A DNA stretch of 64,000 nt from Squalus acanthias (Eukaryota), in contig CM059432.1 in the NCBI GenBank assembly GCA_030390025.1, positions 82,710,001 through 82,774,000 of the forward strand. Direction: 5' to 3'. Below the pieces are notes generated by a model. The model had not been told where the DNA came from, did not search any database, and saw only the letters and a list, made by a program, of their open reading frames with translations. Below are positions 22,160 through 35,859 of the stretch, piece after piece. The position numbers and the translations under genes were made by a program. Position 1 is the first letter of the stretch; each line of letters opens with the position of its first letter.

Positions 22160-22906
22160 GGGCTAGAAATTCGCCTCCTGCTAGCGCCTCCGGGGGGTGA
22201 TAAATGGGCGCTACCAGCTTTGCGACCAGGTGCAGTGAGAGTACCGACGCCCGCAAAATTCCCGTCGAGGTTTGCGGCGGTGGTAACCCCTAGCACCACG
22301 ATCTCCTGTGCCCAGAGTTCATGACATCATTGTGCTGCACATCGCCTCGGTAGCGCCCCGGACCCGAAATTCGGTTCCGCCCCCTGCAGCATCGCCGGGC
22401 GACAACACCGACAGCTGCAGGAGGCGTTGTCAGGGAGGCCGGCCGCTTGGGGAGCGGTATTTAAAGGTGATAATGGTTGCATGAAAACAAAATCTTCTTA
22501 ATGCCTTATGTCCATTTTTCAGCATTTTCTTCGGCCACGATCAATCAGCCCTGCACTCTGCTAGAGTGCTTGGGGCTGATCGTGCCGGATCGCGACTGCC
22601 ATCGGCGACGAGGGACCTCGTTTCAATGCAGAGCCTGCAGCGATGGCCCTTCCCTTTAAGGGAGGGAAGGAGCCTCTGTTCCCGGCAGCGCTGCCCTCGA
22701 CATTGGGCAGCGCTGCACCGCTACCGCCCCTCTTGTCGGCTTTAGCACTCCAAGGGACATGGCAGCGCTTGATTTAGAGCTTCACTTCCTTCCTGGAGCG
22801 CTAGAACTGAATTTCACAGGAGCCTATCATCATTCGCGCCTGGCACTAATTTTTCAGCTTTCGGAGTTTTAGCGCCCCAAACGGGGCTTTAATGAATTTC
22901 TCTCCC
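22160..22906. mobile_element. Harbinger-family MITE
   Basis: TIRs GGGCTAGAAATT / AATTTCTCTCCC. Subterminal TAGCGCC motifs. TSD imperfect. Inverted homologue at 35860-36565. Confidence 0.8.
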
Positions 22907-23044
22907 TATATTTGGGTTGGGTTACCCGGTGAGCAAACTACTATCACAGTCACATCAAATCTAGGAAATTGTAGAATTCACAGTTGTCCCTCCCCTGAAC
23001 TTAATTACATTTACTTTAAGTAAATGTTGAATATATTTGGCCAC

Positions 23045-23345
23045 TCCCCCGATAGCTCAGTGAGTAAAAGCACCATCCAGTATAGAGACCAGTAAGGTTC
23101 CAGCTTCACTCTTTCGTCGATCCTGAGTTCGCTGATATCAGCTGGGCAGTAACAGGAGTGCTACAGTTTGTCTCAGTGTCCTGCATGGAGGAGGAAGGGA
23201 AAAATTAGTTCGGGGTTTCCATTCCTGATCATGACTGAAAATGTGCATGTGTGAATCTCAGATGAGGGCAAGACTGAGCTCAGCTGTTAAACCTACTTGG
23301 TCAAATAAACTATTTACAGCCTGGGCTCACACATGAAGAATGCTA
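23045..23345 (+). mobile_element. Ancient LF-SINE-like SINE
   Basis: GATAGCTCAGT head followed by CTGAGTT.GCTGAT.TCAGCTGGG; similar to 7565. Confidence 0.5.
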
Positions 23346-25362
23346 TTTTTGATGTTTTTGTCTTTCAGATTGCAAGAAAGTGATGCCCATACACTGGCTT
23401 CCCATGTTTACAGAGCTAAAACCGCTCTCTTATTCTGACACCTAAATCAGACCCACAAAAATGTGGGTCCACAATTCTTCTGCCAGGATAAAGGAATGAT
23501 TTTAAATGTAAGTGTGAGGAACTGTCGCATGGACATCGCTCTGCCACAATTTGAAATACGATATAATTAAATGTAAAAGCACTTTCTATGGTTGGCAACA
23601 TCCACGGAACCATAGGACTGATTTTGCAGTCCAGGCTAAGTTTAGGTTTCTCTGCCCAGTTTCTGGCACAAAGTGAGCTGATGGCACAGTGAGCTAACTC
23701 TCGCAATCTTGTAGGTTGAATTCATAATTATTCATAACTGCTTGCATAACTGTCCTTGTGTAGGGATCTAGCATAAATGGGGGGATATGCAAAATCTTGG
23801 CATCAACTCAAATTTAAAGGGCTGTGCACACTTCAAGGTAAGTGACTGCATCTGGGGACAAATATTGCTTCAACAATTATAAAGCTTCAAAATCAACTTG
23901 AAATATTTGTCAGCCTTTGCCAAGGGTAGGGAAAGAAGAGCAAGGCAAAAATGAAGTGAAAGTAAACACAATATGAAGGTACAAAACAGAGTTTGTGGGC
24001 CAGTGATGGAGTGGTAGAACACCCAAACTTCTGCTAACTGGCTGGCAAAGTGGATATTCTGCTGCCTGAGGTGGATGCGAGAAGGGCTGTACTGCTTGGT
24101 ACTGCAGAGCACCCTCCTCAAAGTACACTGTTCCAGGCAGGTCAATGCTGGTACCTTCACAACTGGCACACATTACCACCAAATGTCCCCTTGTATCTCC
24201 GTATGAGTCATTGAATTCAAGAGAGAAGTGAAAATTAGAGGATAAAGAATATACAGAAACCCCGTATTAACAAGCACCAGCTTCCCATGCAAACAATTGT
24301 TCCATGTAAGCATTTATTTAGTGTGAGAGTAACTGTTTGTAAGTGGCTTTGTTATGTACCAGGTCTCAGCGTATAAAAATTAAGTGTTAGTGTACTTGCA
24401 TTTTATATGATACTTTTAAATCCCCTATTTGATAGGAAGAAGTGATTCTTACCCTTACCCTCAGTAGTCCAGTGTATGGGAAACACAATGAGGAGCGAGA
24501 AGATGATGAGGTGGTGCAGATCGGACAGGATGATGTCATTCCACCCAGCTCCTTGCTGAGTTCAGTCCCTGCTCCAGACTCTGAATAAACTTCTTACAAA
24601 CCAGTTCATTCATTCAACAGTGCATTCCCTTGTCGAAGCTTTGAGGAAAGATGGTTGAGGGGGAAGCAGGAGCCAATGGTGATGGCTCTGCAAATGGGGC
24701 TGGTCAAGAACAAGCGAATGAGAATGGGGAGTTGTTTGCAGTGGTGTCAGGGAGGTATTGTTTCTTAAAAATTGATGTTGTTTTTATATATTCACCCTCT
24801 TTCCTTGGAGAATAGTGTGAAGTAGTGGAAGGATTCTCAGGCTGATTAACAGTCTGACTGGTCACATCATGAGCACTCCTTCTATGCCTGTAACCATTTT
24901 TATACTGGCTGATAGGGTGGTTAGTCTTATATGTCGGGAGGGTTTCATGGGCTCCCACAACTCATACAATGAGGTGGGGGCACCCACACGCACCGAACAC
25001 AAGGATGTCAACCCAGAATTCTCACCCAGAGCTCCAGTCTACACTTGCTGGGACTGTCTGGAGCTGGGTTTGAACTCAGCACCTTCTGACTTGGAGGGAG
25101 GAATGCTACCACTAAGCTGAAGGCTCTCTCAAAAAAAAAACTTGTTGTAAATGGGCAATTTGTTATAAGTGTGTAGGGTTCCATTAGATTCAATTTAACA
25201 CATTACAATCTATTTGGCAATGATTTGTTAAAAATGGCTATATGGTAAGCAGGGGCTACTGAATCTGAATAGAGTTGAAAGGTCAACAAAAACAGAGTGT
25301 ATGCTTAGTAACTGTACTGAGTGATCTAAGTTAGGATTGAATTTTAAAGTGCTCTTTTATTT

Positions 25363-25457
25363 GAAACAAAAACAGAAATTACTGGAAACACTCCAGGCAG
25401 TATCTGGAAAGGGAACAAACAAGTTAATGTTTCAGGTGTGGACCCTTCATCTTACTA
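25363..25457 (-). mobile_element. Short PLE-derived fragment
   Basis: Similar to the left arm of 115-313; flanked by a TTTTATTTG duplication. Confidence 0.55.
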
Positions 25458-28400
25458 TTTTATTTGGCAGGGTTACCCCAGACCCACCCCTCCAAAAAAA
25501 GCACTGATAATTTGAGCATTATAATAAACTGCAGCATTTAGAATTCTGTTTTAGTAAACAGAGACTCAGCTATACCTTTCAATATCAAGGCGTACTTTTC
25601 GCCATCTGGACTATCCAGAGTTGTGTCGATTTTACCTGTATTTACCTAAAATCAACAGGTCACAACAAAAACAAAAAATAGTGAATGATGATTTGATAGT
25701 CATTTTCTTCTTACTTTTATCTGTGATCTTCTAGAAATCGTAATCCCAAGAGTAAAATATAATATACACTGGCCACACAAAATGGTCCTGGTAATCAACT
25801 ATAAACTGTGTTTTAATATTGTTAAAATGATATAGGCCACAATCATTCATTCTTCTGAATTGACGTCATCATCCATCAACAACACAGAGTAAACTGATTG
25901 TTAATGTTGCCACAAAACAATCTAAAAACTGAAGAAAAGCATTCAGTAAAATGAATCATTTAGGCCTGACTGAGTTAAACAGTGTGATCTAACCTTGGGA
26001 TTGTTGTTATAAACCCCAAAATCTTCACTCTCACATATATCTGAATCCCCCAATTAGATTATCATTTAGTAATCACTGCCAAGTATCTTCTTCATTCCAA
26101 ACTTGTTTTATGCTATCAAGCTAAGTGAGCCTGTAGACTGTAACTGTCCGTCTTACTTCAATTGCACCTGTTTTATTTAGAATAATGGCTTACAAAATGC
26201 CAGCCCTTGTGTAAATGCTGTTTTTGTTAATAGCCCATGTCATAGAGATGTGGCCTCTATGACCCTCACAGCATGTTGAGGGACATGGAGATAACCTACC
26301 AGTTATGACCCATTTGAAAATGTGTGATATGTGGGCGGGTTGCTTTCGCATACAAGCTATTTAGCCCTGGGGCTTACCATTATAGTGATGACCATTATCA
26401 TAGTCATTGTCATGATTACCTGCAAATCTGCTACTGCTCTGTTTCTAGTTTCTACAGAATATATGGATCAGATTAGAGCAGCAAATGCGACATCAGTAGG
26501 AGGGGGAGGGGATCGGTTAATAGATAAACTTACCCTCTTTGTCTGTTTTTGTACCAGCTTTGTTAATTCTGCGTGACATTTATTGATGGGTTGAGTTTAC
26601 CACCCCTTCCATCCATCAACAGGACAACTGTGAGACCGGTGCATTTGTGATCAGTAGTGCAGTAATACCTTGCCATATACAAGCTCTTATCAACATATTG
26701 TGCACCAGGGACTTGATTATTAGCCTTCTGTTCCTGCACTAAGGACATCATTGCCAGCCATCCTTTCAGGCCTCCATGCATATTATCTAATCTAGTAAAA
26801 CTGCCCTCAAACCATAGACCAGGAAATCTAAATTTTTAATCGTGTATATACATAAATGCCTGTGGTGCGGTGAGTCCCAAGTAAGGTGCAGCAATCAAAT
26901 TGTTTGACCTCAGGCTTAAGGACCTGACTCTCATAAGTTCTAAGCGTTTTCTTATTGATATTCAAAGCTACAGAAATGAGGTAAGATTATTTAAGTTAGA
27001 TTATTATTGGGAATATAAAAGATATCTTTTATTAATGGGGTTGGTTGCTCATGAAATGCTGAAGGTCCATGATGAGTGTCACGAAGCTGTAGAGAAGGTG
27101 AATCGGATGATGGGATAAATAACTAGGACAGAGAAATACAAAACCAGAAATACAACATATACACTTTATAAGATACTGGTATAGAATCATAAAAATTTAC
27201 GGCACAGAAGGAGGTCATTCGGCCCATCGTGTCTGTGCCAGCTGAAAAAGAGCTATCCAGCCTAATCCCACTTTCCACCTCCTGGTCGATAGCCTTGTAG
27301 GTTACAACACTTCAGGTGCATATCCAAGTACTTTTTAAATGCGATGAGGGTTTCTGTCTCTACCACCCTTTCAGGCAGTGAGTACCAGACTCCCACCACC
27401 CTCTGGGTGAAAAAAGTTCTCCTCAACTCCCCTCTAATCCTTCTACCAATTACTTTAAATCTATGCCCCCTGATTATTGACCTCTCTGCTAAGGAAATAG
27501 GTCCTTCCGACCCACTCTATCTAGGTCCCTCATAATTTTATACACCTCAATTAAGTCTCCCCTCAGCCTCCTCTGTTCCAAAGAAAACAACCCCAGCCTA
27601 TCCAATCTTTCCTCATAGCAAAAATTCTCCAGTTCTGGCAACATCCTCGTAAATCTCCTCTGTACCTTCTCTAGTGCAATCACATCTTTCCTGTAATGTG
27701 GTGACCAGAACTGTGCAAAGTACTCTAGCTGTGGCCTAACTAATGTTTTATACAGTTCAAGCATAACCTCTTATATTCTATGTCTCAGATAATAAAGGAA
27801 AGTATCCTGTATGCCTTCTTAACCACCTTATCTACCTGTCCTGCTACCTTCAAGGATCTGTGGACTTGCACTCCAAGGTCCTTCTGTTCCCCTACACTTC
27901 TCAGTATCCTACCATTTATTGTGTATTCCCTTGTCTTGTTAGCCCTCCCAAAATCCAATACCTCACAATTCTCCGGATTGAATTCCATTTGCACTTTTCT
28001 GCCCACCTGACCAGTCCATTGATATCTTCCTGCAGTCTACAGCTTTCTTCCTCACTATCAACCACAAGGAAAATTTTTGTATCATCTGCAAACTTCTTAA
28101 TCATGCCCCCTACATTAAAGTCTAAATCATTGAAATATACCACAAAAACAAGGGACCTAGTACTGAGCCCTGCGGAACCCCACTGGAAACAGCCTTCCAG
28201 TCACAAAAAGAACCATCAACCATTAGCCTTTGCTTCCTGCCACTGAGCCAATTTTGGATCCAACTTGCCACTTTCCCTTGGATCCCATGGGCTTTTACTT
28301 TTCTGATCAGTCTGCCATGTGGGATCTTGTCAAAAGTCTTGCTAAAATCCATGTAGACTACATCAAACTCGCTACCCTCATCGACCCTCCTTGTTACCTC

Positions 28401-28491
28401 CTCAAAAAATGCAATCAAGTTAGTCAGACACAACCTTCCCTTAACAAATCCATGCTGATTGTCCTTGATTAATCCGTGCCATTTTAAATGA

Positions 28492-29095
28492 TAAGAACAT
28501 AAGAACATAAGAAATAGGAGCAGGAGTAGGCCAATCGGCCCCTCGAGCCTGCTCCGCCATTCAATAAGATCATGGCTGATCTGATCCTAACCTCAAATCT
28601 AAAGAACACAAGAAGTAGGAGCAAGACCCGGCCACTCAGCCCCTGGGCCCGCTCCGCCACCCACAGGGCCTTGACCGATCCGAACTCAGCCTCATGTCCA
28701 ATTTCCTGCCTGCTCCCCGTAACCCCTAATTCCCTTTACTTCTAGGAAACTGTCTATTTCTGTTTTAAATTTATTTAATGATGTAGCTTCCACAGCTTCC
28801 TGGGGCAGCAAATTCCACAGACCTACTACCCTCTGAGTGAAGAAGTTTCTCCTCATCTCAGTTTTGAAAGAGCAGCCCCTTATTCTAAGATTATGCCCCC
28901 TAGTTCTAGTTTCACCCATCCTTGGGAACATCCTTACCGCATCCACCCGATCAAGCCCCTTCACAATCTTATATGTTTCAATAGATCGCCTCTCATTCTT
29001 CTGAACTCCAATGAGTAGAGTCCCAATCTACTCAACCTCTCCTCATATGTCCACCCCCTCATCCCCGGGATTAACCGAGTGAACCTTCTTTGTAC
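28492..29095 (-). mobile_element. CR1 3' fragment with two tandem 3' ends
   Basis: ORF 28692-28964 (RRNFFTQRVV). (TTCTTATG)n tail at 28492-28512, and a second diverged 3' UTR/tail at 28601-28695. Confidence 0.85.
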
Positions 29096-29144
29096 TTATG
29101 ATTAATATTGTCCCTCAGAATTTTTTCCTGTAATTTGCCCACTA

Positions 29145-32006
29145 CCTCTCTCTTAGGCAGTCCCTCGGAACCGAGGATGACTTGCTTCCACATTAAAAAT
29201 GAGTTCTCAGGTGACTGATGAGTCCAATGCGGGACCTACAGTCTCTGTCACAGGTGGGGCAGGCGGTGATTGAAGGGGCGGGTGGGTGGGGTGCTTGGGT
29301 TGACGTGCGCTCCTTGCGCTGCTTGCGCTTGGCTTCCGCTTGCTCCCGGCGAAGAGACTCGAGGTGTTCGGCGCCTTCCCGGATGCTTCTCTTCTACTTT
29401 GTGCGGTCTTGGGCCAGGGATTCCCAGGTGTCAGTGGGGATGTTGCACTTTTTCAAGGAGGCTTTGAGGGTGTCCTTGAAGCGTTTCCTCTGCCCACCTG
29501 GGGCTCTCTTGCCGTGTCGGAGCTCCGACTAGAGCGCTTGTTTTGGGAGTCGCGTATCGGGCATGCAGACGATGTGACCCATCATCAGAGCTGATCGAGC
29601 GTGGTCAAAGCATCGATGCTGGGGATGTTGGCCTGAGCGAGAACACTGATGTTGGTGCGCCTATCCTGCCAATGGATTTGCAGGATCTTGCGGAGGCAGC
29701 GTTGGTGGTACCTCTCCAGTGCTTTGAGGTGCCTGCTGTACATGGTCCATGTCTCTGAGGCATACAGCAGGGCGGGTATCACTACTGCTCTGTAGACCAT
29801 GAGCTTAGTGCCGGGTTTGAGGTCCTGGTCTTCAAACACTCTCTTCCTCAGGTGACCGAAGGCTGCACTGGCACACTGAAGGCGGTATTGGACTTCGTCA
29901 TCGACGTCTGCCCTTGTTAACAGTAGGCTCCCGAGGTATGGAAAGTGGTCCACGTTGTCCAAGGCCTTGTCGTGGATTTTAATAATCGGGGGGCAGTACT
30001 GTGTGGCGGGGGCAGGTTGGTAGAGGACATTTGTCTTACGGATGTTTAGTGTAAGGCCCATGCTCTCGTATGCTTCAGTGAAGGTGTTGACGATGGTTTG
30101 GAGTTCGACCTCCGAGTGAGCACAGATGCAAGCGTCGGCTGCATACTGTAATTTGACGACAGAGGATGGGACGACCTTGGATCTGGGCTGGAGGCAACGG
30201 AGGTTGAACAGTTTCCCGTTTGTTCTGTAAATTAGCTCTACTCCAGCGGGGAGCTTATTGAGGGTGAGATGGAGCATTGCAGCCAGGAAGATCGAGAAGA
30301 GCGTTGGTGCGATGACACAGCCTTGCTTGACCCCGGTCCATATGTGAATTGGGTTTGTGGTGGAACCGTTGGTCAGGATCACGGCTTGCATGTCGTTGTG
30401 AAGCAGGCGGAGGATGGTGACAAACTTTTGAGGGCAGCTGAATTTGAGGAGGACACTCCATAATCCCTCACGGTTGACAGTGTCGAAGGCCTTTGTGAGG
30501 TCAAAGAAGGCCATGTACAGCGGTTGGTGCTGTTCCCTGCATTTCTCTTGTAATTGACGTGCGATGAAGATCATGTCCATTGTGCCCCTTAGTGGGTGGA
30601 ATCCGCATTGCAACTCTGGGAGGAGCTCTTCGGCCACTGGGAGAAGGCGATTGAGGAGGATTCTTGCGATGACTTTCCCTTTGGCAGACAGCAGGGAAAC
30701 TCCTCTGTAATTACCGCAATCGGACTTGTCACCTTTCTTGATGATGGTCACAATTACGGCGTCTCTGAGATCCCTTGGCATGCTCTCCTCCTTCCAGATA
30801 AGAGAAATGAGTTCATGAATTCGCGCCAGTAGTGCTTCTCCGCCATGTTTTAGTGCCTCGGCAGGGATTCCATCTGCTCCTGAGGCCTTGTTGTTCTTCA
30901 GTTGTCGGATGGCCTTTTCAACCTCATGCCGGGCTGGGGTTGTGCTGAAGTGGTGGCGGGTAGCATGCTGCGGGATGGAGTTGAGGACACTCGCGTCGAA
31001 GACAGAGTCTCGGTTAAGGAGACCATCGAAGTGCTCCTTCCAGCGGGCACTGACTGCCTCTCTGTCCTTGATGAGTACCTCTCCGTTCTTGGCCCGCAGT
31101 GGGGTAGGACCTTGGGTTCTTGGGCCGTAGATGGTCTTGACTGCGCTAAAGAATCCACGCACGTCGTGGTTGTCGGCAAGCTGCTGGAACTCCTGCGCTT
31201 TCTCCACCCACCATCTGTTCTTTAGGTCGCGAGTTTTTTGTTGGACCTCGGCCTTTAGGCGTCTGTAGAGCTGCTTTCTTGCTCTTGAGTTCTGTTGCTG
31301 TTTCCAGATCAGGAATGCCTTGCGCTTGCGGCTTATTAGCTCCTGGCTCTTCTGGTCGTTCTCGTCGAACCAGTCTTGGTGTTTCCTGGTCGAGTGACCG
31401 AGCGTCTCTTCACAGGTGCTGATTATGGAGGCCTTGAGTGCAGACCAGACGCTGTGGACACTCTGTGTCTCTGAATCACTGCGAGTCGTCAGGTTGTTTG
31501 TGAGGTGCAGGCTGAATAGGGCTTTCTTAGCAGGGTCTTTGAGTGCACCAGCGTTGATTTTCCTGCGGCATTGTTTCTGTTGCCGCCGCTGTTTTGGGGC
31601 TACATTGATGGAGATGACAGTGCGGATTAGGCAGTGGTCTGTCCAGCAGTCGTCAGCTCCTGTCATGGCGCGGGTGATGCAGACGTCCTTGCGGTCCCTC
31701 GCTCGGACGATGACGTAGTCCAGCAGATGCCAATGCTTGGAGCGAGGGCGCTGCCATGAAGCCTTGTACTTGTCTCTCTGACGGAACAAGGTGTTGGTTA
31801 TGACAAGGCCATGTTCTGAGCATTTCGACAGGAGGAGGGTACCGTTGGAGTTGGCTTTCCCTACCCCCTCTCTGCCGATCACACCTCCCCAGAGGTCTGT
31901 GTCCTTTCCAACTCTGGCGTTAAAGTCGCCGAGGAGGATCAGCTTGTCGCCCGTTGGGACTCGGGACAGGGATTGTTCAAGGCTGGAGTAGAATTCCTGT
32001 TTGGTC
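29145..32006 (-). mobile_element. 5'-truncated RTE-clade (BovB-like) LINE
   Basis: About 800 uninterrupted codons with APE motifs (LLGDFNARVG, ITNTLF, LDYVIV, TDH) and RT motifs (NYRGVSLL, QCGF, FDLTKAFD, GVKQGC, YAAD for YADD). 3' UTR hairpin CCTCG-GAAC-CGAGG. Confidence 0.92.
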
Positions 32007-32644
32007 ACCACCAAGGTTAGGCTGACTGGCCTGTAATTACTCGGTCTATCCCTTTCTCCCTTTTTAAACAACGGTACAACGTTAGCAGTCCTTCAGTCCT
32101 CCGGCACCACACCTGTAGCCAGAGAGAATGGGAAAATGATGGGCAGAGCCTCCGTTATTTCCTCTCTTGTTTCTCTTAACAGTCTGGGATACATTTCATC
32201 TGGGCCTGGTGATTTATCTACTTTCAAAGATGCTAAACCCTTTAATATTTCCTCTCTCATTATGTTTATCTCATCTAATATTTCAAACTCATCCTCAGTA
32301 ACTACAATGTCTGCATCGTCTCTCTCTTTTGTGAAGACAGACGCAAAGTATTCATTAAGAACTATACCCACGTCTTCCGCCTCCACACACAGGTTACCTT
32401 TTTGGTCTCTAATAGGCCCGACTCTTTCTTTAGTTATCCACTCGCTCTTTATGCATTTATAAACCATCTTTGTGTTTTCCTTGATTTTACTGCCACTATG
32501 TTTTCATGCCCTCTTGTTGCTTTCCTAATTTCCTTTTTATTTTCATCCCTGCACTTTCTATACACCTCTAGACTTTCTGCAGTATTTAGCTCTCGGTATC
32601 TGACATAAGTTTCCCTTTTTTGCCTTATCCTACCCTGTATACTC

Positions 32645-33796
32645 AATGCGGTTGATGTGGTGTACATGGACTTCCAAAAGGCGTTTGATAAAGTGCCACA
32701 TAATAGGCTTGCCAGCAAAGTTGAAGCCCATGGAATAAAAGGGACAGTGGCAGCATGGATACGAAATTGGCTAAGTGACAGGAAACAGAGAGTAGCGGTG
32801 AACAGTTGTTTTTCGGACTGGAGGAAGGTTTACAGTGGTGTTCCCCAGGGGTTGGTGTTAGGATCACTGCTTTTCTTGATATATATTAATGACTTGGACT
32901 TGGGTGTACAGGGCACAATTTCAAAATCTGCAGATGACACAAAACTTGGAAGTGTAGTGATGGACTTTAAGAGGACATAGACAGGCTGGTAGAATGGGCA
33001 GGCACGTGGCAGATGAAATTTAACGCAGAAAAGTGCGAAGTGATACATTTTGGTAGGAAGAACGAGGAGAGGCAATATAAACTAAAGGATACAATTCTAA
33101 AGGGGATGCATGAACAGAGAGACCTGGCGACACATGTGCACAAATCGATGCAAGGCAGGTTGAGAAAGCGGTTAAAAAAGCATACAGGATCCTGGGCTTC
33201 ATAAATAGAGGCATAGAGTACAAAAGCAAGGAAGTTGTGATGAACCTGTATAAAACACTGGTTCGGCCTCAACTGGTGTATTGTGTCCAATTCTGGGCAC
33301 CGCACTTTAGGAAGGATTTGAAGGCCTTAGAGAGGATGCAGAAAAGATTTATAAGAATGGTTCCAGGGATGAGGGACTTCAGTTACGGTGGATAAACTGG
33401 AGAAGCTGGGGTTGTTGTTGAGGTGTTCAAAATCATGAGGGGTCCAGACAGAGTAGATAGAGAGAAACTGTTCCCATTGGTGGAAGGGTCGAGAACCAGA
33501 GGACACAGATTTAAGGTGATTGGCAGAAGAACCAAAGGCGACATGAGGAAAACTTTTTTACGCAGCAAGTGGTTAGGATCTGGAATGCATTGCCTGAGAG
33601 GGTGGTGGAGGCAGATTCAATCGTGGCTTTCTAAAGGGAATTGGATAAGTAACTAGAGGAAAAAAATTTGCAGGGCTATGGGGAAAGGGCGGGGGAGTGG
33701 GACTAGCTGAAATGCTCTTGCAGAGAGCTGGCACGGGCTCGACGGGTCGAATGGCCTCCTTCTGTGCTGTAACCATTCTATGATTCTATGATTCTA
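32645..33796 (+). mobile_element. 5'-truncated CR1, same subfamily as 11010-19812 ORF2 and 62414-64000
   Basis: YMDFQKAFDKVPH, GVPQG and an (ATTCTATG)n tail at 33775-33796. Confidence 0.9.
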
Positions 33797-34803
33797 CTCC
33801 TTGACATCCAGGGGCTCTAGATTTGGGAGTCCCACCCTTTTTCTTTGTGGGAACAAATTTGCTCTGAACCCTCACTATCTCCTCCTTGAATGCCTCCCAT
33901 TGCTCGGACACTGATTTACCTTCAAATAGCTGTTTCCAGTCCACTTTTGCTAAATCACATCTCAGCTTAGTAAAATTGGCCTCTCCCCAATTGAGAACTT
34001 TTACTTCTGGTCTATCTTTGTCATTTTCCATAACTACACTAAATCTAACTGAATTATGATCACTACCACCGAAATACTCTCCCACTGATACCCCTTCCAC
34101 CTGCCCAGCTTCAATCCCTAAAACTAAGTCCAGAACCATTCCCTCACTTGTTGGGTTTGCTATGTACTGGCTAAAAACGTTCTCCTGAATGCATTTGAAG
34201 AATTCTGCACCTTCTGTACCTTTTACACTGATTCTATCCCAGTTAATGTTAGGTTCGTTGAAATCCCCTACTATTACTGCCCTATTGTTTTTGCACTTCT
34301 TAGAAATTTGCCTACATATTACCTCTTCTATCTCCCTCTAACTATTTGGGGGTCTATAGTACACTCCCAGCAGTGTAATTACCCCTTTTTTGTTCTTCAG
34401 TTCAACCAATATGGTTTCATTTGCTGATCCTTCTATCATATCATCCCTCCTTACAGTTGTAATTGTTTCTTTTTAACCAATATTGCGACCCTCTTCCTTT
34501 TTTATCCCTCTCTCTAACTTGTCTGAAAACCCTGTAACCAGGAATGTTGAGGTGCCATTCCTGCCCTTCTTTCAGCCATGTTTCAGTAACAGCTTCCACG
34601 TGTCTATCTGTGCCCTCACCTCATCTGCCTTATTCACTAGACTCCTTGCACTGAAGTATATACCATTAAGCACTGCCAAACCCCTATTTTTGAGCCTTTG
34701 TTTCCCCTACCTTCCAAAATCACTTACTAATTTTCTGCCTTCCATTTCCAACTTTGCTTCTCTCCCTTCTGAATCTATGCTCTGGTTCCCATCCCCTGCC
34801 AAG

Positions 34804-35752
34804 CTAGTTTAAACCCTCCCCAATAGCACTAGCAAAGCTCCCCCACACCCCGGCGAGGATATTGGTCCCGGCCCTGTTGAGGTGCAACCTGTCCGGCTTG
34901 TACAGGTCCCACTTCCCCCAGAACCGGACCCAATGCCTCAGGAATCTAAAGCCCTCCCTGCTGCACCATCTCTCCAGCCACTCATTCATCTGCTCTATCC
35001 TCCTGTTTCTGCACTCACTAGTGCGTGGCACCAGGAGTAATCCGGAGATTACTAACTTTGAGGTCCTGCTTATTAATCTCTTTCCTAGCTCCCTAAAATC
35101 TGCCTGCAGGACCTCATCCCTCTTTCTACCTATGTCATTGGTACCGATATGGACCACGACCTCTGGCTGTTCACCCTCCCCCCTCAGAATGTCCTGCAGC
35201 CGCTCAGTGACCTCCTTGACCCTGGCACCAGGGAGACAACATACCATCCTGGAGTCACGTCTGTGGTCGCAGAAACACCTGTCTGTTCCCTTAACTATCG
35301 AATCCCCTATCACTATTGCTTTCCTGATTTTCCTCCTCCCTCCCTGTACAGCTGAGCCACCCATGGTGCTGTGGCCTTGGCTCTGGCTGTACTCCTCAGA
35401 GGAGCCATCATCCTCACCAGTATTCACTGGTTAGAGTGTGAGATGCACTCAGGGGACTCCTGCACTACCTGCCTGGTCCTCCTTATCTGTCTGGCGGTCA
35501 CCTATTCCCTCTCTGCCTGCACACTCTTAAGCTGCGGGTGACCACCTCCTGAAACGTGCTATCCACGAAGCTCTCAGCCTCGCGAATGCACTGCAGCGAC
35601 GCCAGCCGCTGCTCAAGCTCCGAAACCCGGAGCTCGATCTCCACCGGCTGACGACGCTTGCTGCATATGTACTTGTCCAGGGCACGAGAAGCATCCTGGA
35701 CTTCCCACATGGCACAGGATGTGCATTCGACGGGATTGAGGTGCCCTGCCAT
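34804..35752 (-). pseudogene. CR1 ORF1 (Cys-rich/leucine zipper plus SGNH esterase)
   Basis: MAGHLNPVECTSCAMWE; a 207-aa open esterase part with IVIGDS, CLPGARV, HIGTND and DRLHLN. Confidence 0.88.
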
Positions 35753-35859
35753 GCCTCTATTTATTAGACTACTAACTAAATTCTCAGTTTAACCCACTGC
35801 CCTAAAGACAAAATTATTTACTCAAGTTTAACAAGAACCTCTGAGATACTAAACACAAA

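Noticed and set aside
28601..28695. ADAR hyper-editing of the inner CR1 3' end
   Set aside because: Both T>C and A>G changes occur on the same strand, so the pattern is not strand-specific.
29585..32071. 828-aa ORF as a CR1-RTE fusion protein
   Set aside because: The first ~22 residues are CR1 sequence joined in frame by chance at the RTE truncation point. There is no ATG start and the RT motif is mutated.
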